Of a stretch of 64,000 nt of DNA, positions 55,274 through 64,000 are shown one piece after another (the first letter of the stretch is position 1; every line of letters starts with the position of its first letter). The DNA comes from an uncultured delta proteobacterium (GTDB taxonomy: Bacteria; Myxococcota_A; Polyangia; Polyangiales; B10-G4). Location of the stretch: contig CAVSGI010000021.1 of assembly GCA_963727445.1 (NCBI GenBank), positions 64,001 to 128,000 of the forward strand, given 5' to 3'. The translations under genes and the position numbers were made by a program. The notes under the pieces were generated by a model. That model ran no database searches. It was given only the letters and a program-made list of their open reading frames with translations, and was not told the origin of the DNA.

Positions 55274-56452
55274 CTACCAACCCAGCTGGGACCGCAAGAA
55301 CGCGATCAGGTCTTCGGCCAGGAGCGCGTGGGTCTCGTCACCCGGATGGTAGTCGCAGCCCCAGTCGCTGAAGCCGTCGAGATCCACCCACAGGATGTTC
55401 GTGTCGCCTGCGGCGGCGCGCATCGCGATGGCGGAGTCGATCATCGGTCGCGCGCGGCTCATGTCGGAGGCGCCGAGCGGTGGTCCGATGGTGCACGCGA
55501 TCAGCGCGTCGGGATGTCGTGCGCGGATCTCTTCGAGCAACCCGACGTAGGCCGGTACGAACTCGCTCGCAGGTGGGTCTCCATCGGTGCTGAAGTCGTT
55601 GGTGCCGAGGTTGACGACCACGACGTCCGCCGGTCGGATGGTGCCGGTCGAGCCGGCCTCGGTGGCGATCACCCGGTCGTAGAGCGTGGGCAGCGGCTGG
55701 GTTCGGTCGTCGCCGTAGTTGTAGATGACGCCCTTGCCCGACCAGGCGACGGCCTCGAGCTCCGCATCGAGCGCGCGAGCGGCGACGGCCGCATAGGTGA
55801 GGAAGTGATTCTCGGTCTCGGCGCTGAAGTGACAGTACTGGTCAGCGCCGTCCACGCCGTAGCCGCAGGTGATCGAGTCGCCCACTACCTCGATGCGTCG
55901 CGCGGGCGGGGTCACGCCGAGCAGCTCGCCGTCGACCTCGACGCCGTAGATCTCGGTCGCCCCATAACTCCCCTCGGTGCGGCGGTAGAGCTCGACGAGG
56001 TGCTCGCCATCCGGGAGCCCGCTCGTCAGGTCGTAGGTGTTCCGGTCGCCGCTCACCGCGAGGGTCGGCTGCACGGCGCCGTCGACCACGACCGTGAAGT
56101 AGCGTCCCGTGCCGTTCATCGTGACGCGCGCCCCCGTGCCGCGGAAGCGCAACAGGAGTCCCGTGCCGGACCACGACATGCGCACGGCGGCGGGATCGGA
56201 GGCGTCGTGCCGGCCGACGTAGTACGGACCCGGCGTCGGCACAGCACCGGCGTCGGCGTCCGCGCCGGTGTCGCTGGCCGCCCCGTCGCTCGCGCTGCCA
56301 TCGTTGACGCGGCCGTCCCGCGCGCCCCCATCGAGCCCGCCGGCGTCCCTTCGGCCGCTGTCGACACCCGCTGCGTCACCACGACCGCTCTCGCTGACAC
56401 CGCCGTTGCATGCGGCCACGAGCACACAAAGAAGGGCGATCAGGCGAGCCAT
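55274..56452 (-). CDS. SGNH esterase, carbohydrate esterase family 2-like lipoprotein
   Basis: YVGR..WSGT..F.GT N-domain, [32 protein letters not shown]. Confidence 0.85.
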   Translation of the reverse strand: MARLIALLCVLVAACNGGVSESGRGDAAGVDSGRRDAGGLDGGARDGRVNDGSASDGAASDTGADADAGAVPTPGPYYVGRHDASDPAAVRMSWSGTGLLLRFRGTGARVTMNGTGRYFTVVVDGAVQPTLAVSGDRNTYDLTSGLPDGEHLVELYRRTEGSYGATEIYGVEVDGELLGVTPPARRIEVVGDSITCGYGVDGADQYCHFSAETENHFLTYAAVAARALDAELEAVAWSGKGVIYNYGDDRTQPLPTLYDRVIATEAGSTGTIRPADVVVVNLGTNDFSTDGDPPASEFVPAYVGLLEEIRARHPDALIACTIGPPLGASDMSRARPMIDSAIAMRAAAGDTNILWVDLDGFSDWGCDYHPGDETHALLAEDLIAFLRSQLGW

Positions 56453-56521
56453 GATCTCCAGCGTAGCCCGTTCATCGGGGACGGCCCAGCCTTCATGCCT
56501 CGGGATGGAGTACATTCGGGT

Positions 56522-58003
56522 ATGGCGTCTGCTCGATGGGCCTGGCTGGGACTGGTGGCGACGCTGCATGCTTGCTCGTTCGACACGAACGCCTTGCCCG
56601 ACGACGTGGGCGGTACCGTCGACGCGGCCTCGGATACCGGCCGCCGCGATGCAGGCGGGGATACCGGGAGCGTCGACGCCGGCTCGGACACCGGCAGCGG
56701 TGATGCGTCGGAGGATTCGACGACTGGCGACGCGTCGATGGACGCGACCGGCGGCGATGCGTCGATGGATTCGGCTCCTTCCGACACGAGCCCGCCGATG
56801 GACTCTGCCGTTGCGGACGCCTGCCCCGCGCCGAGCTGCTCCGCCGGCGTGCTGACGACCTGCACCGCGTCGGGGACGATGATGACGACCTGTCCCCTCG
56901 GCTGCTCCTCCACAGACGCGCGCTGCGCTGCGCTCGTGCCGTCGAACGTCGACCCTGCGCTCATCGATCCATCTGCCGCCGACGTGAGCTCGAGCGGTGG
57001 AGTCACGTTCAACACCGGAGCGTGCACCAGCAGCGCTCCCTTCACCGACGCCATGGTAGTGACCCAGGCGGGCGGCTCGGAGGTCTGTCTCGTGCGCACG
57101 GGCGAGCTGCGCATCTCCAACATGCTCACCATCCGCGGGGCGCGGCCACTGGTGGTGCTGGCCGCGGGCCCGGTCAGCATCTCCGGAACTCTCGATGTCT
57201 CCGCGTACGGCTCCACCCGAGGGCCAGGCGGCGGACGCGGCGGCACGCCAGGCGGTGCGGGCGCCGGCGGGTCGCAGCATGGCGCGCCCGGAACCACGAA
57301 CGGATCGTGGCAAGACGGCGGTGGCGGCGGCGGCGGCATGTGTGGGACCGGAGGCGATGGTGGCGACGGAGGCAGCGCGACCGGAGGCGGGGGTGGCGCT
57401 GCCGCCATGGCGTCGTGGGAGCTCAGCCCACTGCGCGGCGGCAGCGGCGGTGGGGCGAGCCCGTCGGACGCCGGGGATGGGGGCGCCGGCGGCGGCGCGC
57501 TGCAGATCACCTCTCTCGCTTCGATCGACGTCTCCGGAACCATCCTCGCGGGCGGAGGTGGTGGTGGCGAAGGACGCGAAGGCGGTCGCTTTGGCGCAGG
57601 CAGCGGCGGCGGAAGCGGCGGGGCCGTGCTGCTCGAAGCCCCGACCATCCGCATTCCCGGGCGCATCAACGCGGCGGGCGGGGGCGGCGGGGGAACCGCG
57701 AGCGGGCCTGGCTCCGGCGATGGCGGCCCGGGTGAAGACGGCGCGCTGAACAGCGGCGGGGGAAACGGCGGCAGCCGGGCCGGCTCGGGCGCGGGCTCCA
57801 TCGGTGGGCGCGGCGGCGGAGGCAGCACGCTCGATGGACGCGTGGGAGGCTCGAACGCGGATGACTATGGCAACGGTGGCGGCGGCGGCGGCGGCGCGGG
57901 ATGCATCCTCTTTCGCACCGCCGACGGCATGATGCCGTCCGGCTCCTCGTTCAGCCCGTCCACCGGGATCGGTCTGCGTACGCTCACCCTCGCCCTCGAC
58001 TGA
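56522..58003 (+). CDS. Glycine-rich lipoprotein
   Basis: LHAC lipobox; D-rich linker; [31 protein letters not shown]. Confidence 0.8.
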   Translation: MASARWAWLGLVATLHACSFDTNALPDDVGGTVDAASDTGRRDAGGDTGSVDAGSDTGSGDASEDSTTGDASMDATGGDASMDSAPSDTSPPMDSAVADACPAPSCSAGVLTTCTASGTMMTTCPLGCSSTDARCAALVPSNVDPALIDPSAADVSSSGGVTFNTGACTSSAPFTDAMVVTQAGGSEVCLVRTGELRISNMLTIRGARPLVVLAAGPVSISGTLDVSAYGSTRGPGGGRGGTPGGAGAGGSQHGAPGTTNGSWQDGGGGGGGMCGTGGDGGDGGSATGGGGGAAAMASWELSPLRGGSGGGASPSDAGDGGAGGGALQITSLASIDVSGTILAGGGGGGEGREGGRFGAGSGGGSGGAVLLEAPTIRIPGRINAAGGGGGGTASGPGSGDGGPGEDGALNSGGGNGGSRAGSGAGSIGGRGGGGSTLDGRVGGSNADDYGNGGGGGGGAGCILFRTADGMMPSGSSFSPSTGIGLRTLTLALD

Positions 58004-58110
58004 AGGAAAAGCCGGCCTGAAGGGCCCGAACCTTGCTCTCGCGTGCTCATCAGCGATACGCTGGACGCCGTTTCCCCTGGGGTTGATCCCTCACCCCACC
58101 CGGGTCCCAC

Positions 58111-60099
58111 GTGCTGAAAGTCGGGGACGAGCTCGGCCGCTATGAAATCATTGCCCACCTGAAAAGCGGTGGAATGGCGACCCTTTACCTGGGGCGCCGG
58201 AGGATCCCGCCCGACAACAGGATCTTCGCCATCAAGGTCGTCCATCCGCACTACCTCGACGACGAAGATCTCATAGCCATGTTCGAGGACGAAGCGCGGC
58301 TGTCGCTGCGCATCCACCATCCGAACGTGGTGCACGTCGAGGAGGTAGGCGAAGCCGCGGGCGTCCACTACCTCGCGATGGAGTACGTCCACGGGTGCTC
58401 CGTGGCACAGCTCCTCCAGGCGCTGATCCGGAGGCGCCGGCGCATGAGCCCGGAGCTGGCGGTCTACATCGCGATGCAGGTCTGCGAAGGGCTTCACGCC
58501 GCGCACTCCCTTCTCGGTGACCACGGCGAGCCGCTCAACGTCGTCCACCGCGACGTGAGCCCGCAGAACGTCCTGCTCGCGCACACCGGCGAGCTTCGCC
58601 TGATCGATTTCGGGATCGCCAAGTCGCGGGCACGCATGCATCACTCTGCGACCGGCTCCTCCATCCGCGGCAAGCTCCGGTACATGTCTCCGGAGCACGC
58701 CAAGGGACGCAACGTCGACCGGCGGACGGACATCTATGCGCTCGGCATCGTGCTGTGGGAGATGCTGACCATGCGCCCGCTCTTCTGGGGCGAGACGGAC
58801 TTCGACGTCCTCACCAAGGTGCAGGATCCGATCATCGACCCGCCGAGCGCCTACGCGCCGAACATCTCACCCGCGCTCGACGACGCGGTGCTCGCCGCGC
58901 TCGCGCCGGACCGCGAGACCCGCCCCACCTCGGCGCTCGCCTTCCGTGACCTGCTCTCGGAAGCGGTTCCCATCGCCGAGGCCCTCGACGAGGAGCAGAT
59001 CGCCGAGCTTCTGCACGCGGTGCTCGGCGAAGAGATGATCCGCGTCGCCGACCGCATGCCGGCCTTCGTCTCGATGGAGCTCAGGTTCAGCTCGACCGGG
59101 ACCACGACCAATCCGGCGGAGCGGCCTCATTTCGACGAACGCGCCCTCGAGAGCCTGACCGGGCCCACGGAGTACGACCCGGAGATCGTCCAGACCTTCG
59201 TCGGCGAGCCCCAGGTGCCTTCGGGGATCAGCGAGCTTCTCGGCGCTGCGTCGATCGAGCTGATGGAGGAAGAGACCTCCACCACCATCAGCGCGGTGGC
59301 GCTGGTGGACTATCTCGAAAAGACCGCGGGTCGCGCTCGTGCGCTGTCGCGGCAGACCGTCCCGGAGAAACCGCGGGCGAACAAGGCGGCGATCGCGGCC
59401 GGGGCAAACGCGATCCCCGGGCCCGAGGATCCCACCGACCAGCTCTCCCACACGGCCCTCGCCGAGATCCATCTCGACCTCAAGAAGCGACGACTCGAGC
59501 AGAGCCGAGAAGAGCACGAAGACGACATGGACACCCTCACCTTCGACGAGGGGCTCCCTGCGCTCGCCGGAACCGAGGTGGAGGTCTCGGCGCTCGAGCT
59601 CGACTCGAAGGAGATCGACATCATCGGCGACATCGTCGACGGATACGGCGGCGGCGGTTTCGACGATCCAGAGGACGACACGACCCTCAAGGGCGGCGTG
59701 CCCGTCGCGAACATCCCGCCGCCGAAGAACGTGTCGCATGGCGCGTCGTGGAAGGGTGTCGACCCGGCGGCGCTGGGGGTCGTGCCGGAGGAGCCGGAGG
59801 ACGAGGTGATCGACGCCTCGCCCAGCGGCCCGTGGTCCTCGCCAGCGCCGCCCCCGAGCGAGCCTCCGACCATCCCCGATGGCGATCTGGGGATCCCGCC
59901 GGAGATGCTTCCGGTGACGCGGGAATCGACGAGTCCGAGCGACAGCGAGCCTCCGACCGAGGTGTGGGAGCAGCCGCCGAACTTCGCGCTCCCCGAGGAC
60001 AAGGATGGCTTTGGTGCCGGGGATCGAGCGGCGCTGATGGCCGGCATCGCCGTCGCCATCCTGCTGCTCGTCGGAATCGCCGGCTATCTCTTGTTTTGA
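58111..60099 (+). CDS. Ser/Thr protein kinase (Hanks type) with acidic linker and C-terminal TM
   Basis: SGGMA, AIKV, HRDVSPQN, DFGIAK, GKLRYMSPE, DIYALGIVLWE. Confidence 0.92.
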   Translation: MLKVGDELGRYEIIAHLKSGGMATLYLGRRRIPPDNRIFAIKVVHPHYLDDEDLIAMFEDEARLSLRIHHPNVVHVEEVGEAAGVHYLAMEYVHGCSVAQLLQALIRRRRRMSPELAVYIAMQVCEGLHAAHSLLGDHGEPLNVVHRDVSPQNVLLAHTGELRLIDFGIAKSRARMHHSATGSSIRGKLRYMSPEHAKGRNVDRRTDIYALGIVLWEMLTMRPLFWGETDFDVLTKVQDPIIDPPSAYAPNISPALDDAVLAALAPDRETRPTSALAFRDLLSEAVPIAEALDEEQIAELLHAVLGEEMIRVADRMPAFVSMELRFSSTGTTTNPAERPHFDERALESLTGPTEYDPEIVQTFVGEPQVPSGISELLGAASIELMEEETSTTISAVALVDYLEKTAGRARALSRQTVPEKPRANKAAIAAGANAIPGPEDPTDQLSHTALAEIHLDLKKRRLEQSREEHEDDMDTLTFDEGLPALAGTEVEVSALELDSKEIDIIGDIVDGYGGGGFDDPEDDTTLKGGVPVANIPPPKNVSHGASWKGVDPAALGVVPEEPEDEVIDASPSGPWSSPAPPPSEPPTIPDGDLGIPPEMLPVTRESTSPSDSEPPTEVWEQPPNFALPEDKDGFGAGDRAALMAGIAVAILLLVGIAGYLLF

Positions 60100-60112
60100 A
60101 GGCCGGCGACGC

Positions 60113-61033
60113 TCAGATCGCGTCCGCGCAGCAGCGGAAGCCCGTCGAGTAGTCGTGATAGCCGAAGGCGTGTGCGGTCGTGGCGTAGAGGCAGCCTTCG
60201 CCGTTGATCCGGGTGTCGACGTAGAACCCTCCACGGAACGTGCCGGCCGGGTCGGCGGTCCACTCGTGCAGGTTGCCCATCAGGTCGAAGACGCCTTCCG
60301 GCGTCTGACAGCCGGCGTTCTCACCCGTGTGGTCCAGTGAATCGGGGAGCTGATTGAGGCACGGGTGATCGAGCATCGACCAGATCCAGTCGGCGCTCGT
60401 ACCGAAGAGCTCGACGGCGGGATGCGTGGCGCGGGCGTCGTTGCAGCGGCCATCCTCCCGGGTGTCGCCATAGGGATAGATGCGATCGGCCGATCCGCGA
60501 CACGCGGTGAGCCACTCCGTGTCGGTGCACAGGCGCTTGCCCGCTTCAGCGCACGCACCGGCCGCTTGCTCTCCGCTGATGTAGCCCTGGGGAACGGCGT
60601 TGGCGACCGAGAGCGCGCGCACGCGCACGCCGGCAGCGGGCGTGAAGTACGGCGACCAGGCAGAGAGCGCGCCGCCTGCGCCTACCTCGGCCAGGATGGC
60701 CTCGTAGCGATCGATGCAGAAGGTGTCGACCCGCGCCATGCCCGCAGGGCAGCCCGAATCACCGGCGACCTCGGTGAGCAGCCCGGCGTTCGGCTGGGGC
60801 ATGATCGTCGGATCGCACATGGCCGGGCCAGTGTCGGCGGCGGTGTCGGCGGCGCTATCGACGACCGCATCCAGAGGAGCGTCGATCGGCGCGCGGGTGT
60901 CTCGGGCCGCGTCCGAGGGGCCGGCGTCCATCCCGCCATCGGCGGGCGGCGTCGCCGAATCCAGCGCGACGTCCGGCGCGTCGTCGCCGCCCCCACAAGC
61001 TCCCAGGAGCAGCAGTGCCAGCACGAAATGCAT
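60113..61033 (-). CDS. FGE-sulfatase (SUMF1-like) domain lipoprotein
   Basis: GAC lipobox; CPAGM..FCIDRYE, GKRLCT..EW..AC, YPYG, DLMGNLHEW, GFRCC. Confidence 0.85.
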   Translation of the reverse strand: MHFVLALLLLGACGGGDDAPDVALDSATPPADGGMDAGPSDAARDTRAPIDAPLDAVVDSAADTAADTGPAMCDPTIMPQPNAGLLTEVAGDSGCPAGMARVDTFCIDRYEAILAEVGAGGALSAWSPYFTPAAGVRVRALSVANAVPQGYISGEQAAGACAEAGKRLCTDTEWLTACRGSADRIYPYGDTREDGRCNDARATHPAVELFGTSADWIWSMLDHPCLNQLPDSLDHTGENAGCQTPEGVFDLMGNLHEWTADPAGTFRGGFYVDTRINGEGCLYATTAHAFGYHDYSTGFRCCADAI

Positions 61034-61098
61034 GGGCTGAGGATAGCGTGCGGCGAGCCCTTGAGCTTGTCGCTGGGAGTGCTTAGATACGCGCGCCC

Positions 61099-62690
<1,592 letters not shown>

Positions 62691-62738
62691 TCTGAGCGCG
62701 TCGATCCGGAGCGACGCACCGTTCGTATTCCACTCGAA

Positions 62739-63809
62739 ATGCGTGCGTTCGTCCTCCTGATGCTGCTGCCGGCCTGCGCGGCGGCGGCTCCGCCCCCCGC
62801 CTCCCCCGCGCCTTCGCCGGAAGGGTCCACCGAGGGCTTGCTGCTCACCCATCTTCGATCGCCCGGTGGGGCGGAAACGGAGCTCTACCTTCGAGAGGGA
62901 CGGCTGGTCTCGCCCGAGGAAGCGAGCAGAGAGGTGCACCGTGTGGATGGCGGGGGCGCCTACGTGGTGCCGGCGGCGATCGATGCGCACGTGCATCTCG
63001 CGTATCTGCCCATCGCGGAAGCGCATGCCGCGGGCGGGATCGCCGGGGCCGTGGATCTCGCTTCGCCGATCAGCTTTCTATCCGAGGACGCCGGCCCGCT
63101 CCGGCTCCGGCGGTCTGGACCGATGGTGACAGCGCCGGGAGGCTATCCCACGCAGAGCTGGGGTGCGGACGGTTATGGTCTGCCCTGCGAGGACCCCGGG
63201 TCGTGTCGCGACGCGGTGGAGAGGCTGGCAGACGCGGGTGCCGATCCGATCAAGATCCCGATCACCGCCGGTCCGACCCTCGACGACGCATCCCTGCGCG
63301 CTGCCGTCGACGCCGCCCACGCCCGCGGGATGCGCGTCGCGACACACGCGCTGGACGAAGCCGCGGTCCGACGCGGCACCGCCGCGGGCGCCGACATCCT
63401 CGCCCACACGCCCACGGCGCCGCTCTCGGACGAGACCGTCGCCTCGCTCTCCGACAAGACGGTGATCAGCACGCTCGCTGCGTTCGGCGCCAGCGAGGCG
63501 GCGGTCGACAACCTCGCGCGTTTGCACGGCGCCGGCGCGACCGTGGTCTACGGCACCGATCTCGGCAACACCCACACGGCGGGCATCGACCGCCGCGAGC
63601 TCCTGCTGCTCGTCGCCGCGGGCCTCGACGAGCCGGCGATCCTCGACGCCATCACACGTGTTCCCGCCACCGTCTTCGGTTTCGATGCACTCGGCACCCT
63701 CGAGCCCGGCAAGGCCGCGTCCTTTCTCCTGCTCGACGACGACCCGCTCACCAACGTCCTGACCCTCGCGACGCCGCGCCAGGTGTACCTGGACGGACGC
63801 GCGCTCTGA
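62739..63809 (+). CDS. Amidohydrolase family lipoprotein
   Basis: IDAHVHL, VATHA, LAHTP, YGTDLGN, GTLEPGKAASFLLLDDDP. Confidence 0.88.
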   Translation: MRAFVLLMLLPACAAAAPPPASPAPSPEGSTEGLLLTHLRSPGGAETELYLREGRLVSPEEASREVHRVDGGGAYVVPAAIDAHVHLAYLPIAEAHAAGGIAGAVDLASPISFLSEDAGPLRLRRSGPMVTAPGGYPTQSWGADGYGLPCEDPGSCRDAVERLADAGADPIKIPITAGPTLDDASLRAAVDAAHARGMRVATHALDEAAVRRGTAAGADILAHTPTAPLSDETVASLSDKTVISTLAAFGASEAAVDNLARLHGAGATVVYGTDLGNTHTAGIDRRELLLLVAAGLDEPAILDAITRVPATVFGFDALGTLEPGKAASFLLLDDDPLTNVLTLATPRQVYLDGRAL

Positions 63810-63860
63810 GGTCGCGCGGTGCGAGCGCGGCATCCGCCTCGAGGGTGCTACGCTCTTCCC

Positions 63861-64000
63861 ATGATGCACCGTCGCCTCGCCCTCGCGCTCTTGCTCGTCG
63901 CCGCTTGCGGCGGAGACGACTCGACGGCTGACACCGGGTCGGTAGCCGACGGATCCATGGTGACTTGCGACGGAATGCCGGGCTGCGTGCTGCTTTGCGA
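63861..64000 (+). CDS. Lipoprotein, 3' truncated by window edge
   Basis: MMHRRLALALLLVAAC-GGDD; TACGCT 6 nt upstream. Confidence 0.7.
   Translation, partial: MMHRRLALALLLVAACGGDDSTADTGSVADGSMVTCDGMPGCVLLC

Noticed and set aside
56522..58003. PE-PGRS or phage tail-fibre/prophage assignment for the Gly-rich proteins
   Set aside because: They have lipoboxes, no PE domain, and no phage structural or integrase genes nearby
60113..61033. FGE-like gene as part of a sulfur pathway with the ASST pair
   Set aside because: It is 40 kb away, no sulfatase is nearby, and FGE-fold lipoproteins are common non-catalytic paralogs in myxobacteria

Overview
High-GC (roughly 70% by eye) bacterial DNA that looks like a myxobacterium (Myxococcota, Polyangiales/Sandaracinaceae-like). 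The clues are a MYXO-CTERM-type protein, two membrane Hanks-type Ser/Thr kinases, and about 25 lipoproteins with acidic D-A/D-G linkers. The window holds about 60 genes. Recognisable housekeeping or metabolic genes are hemolysin III/PAQR, PfkB kinase, TetR, LysR, two SnoaL proteins, an MBL-fold protein, two arylsulfate sulfotransferases, two SGNH hydrolases, an M1 aminopeptidase, a sterol-desaturase-family protein, a Coq4-like protein, hrpB, pip, an acyl-CoA ligase, a GAF-GGDEF cyclase, prfC and an amidohydrolase. They are interspersed with many uncharacterised surface proteins. I saw no rRNA, tRNA, CRISPR array or transposase. The most notable features are: (1) a 165-bp MITE-like hairpin element with 29-bp terminal inverted repeats and CTAG ends; (2) a TANNNT box 5-7 nt before the start codon of 17 genes, a leaderless-transcription signature; (3) a cluster of uncharacterised genes at 5.3-9.8 kb sharing a duplicated helical module; (4) a twin palindromic TetR operator; and (5) at least 13 frameshifts, all repairable by removing one base, which probably reflect long-read consensus error. 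All family calls come from motif recognition by eye; no database searches were run.
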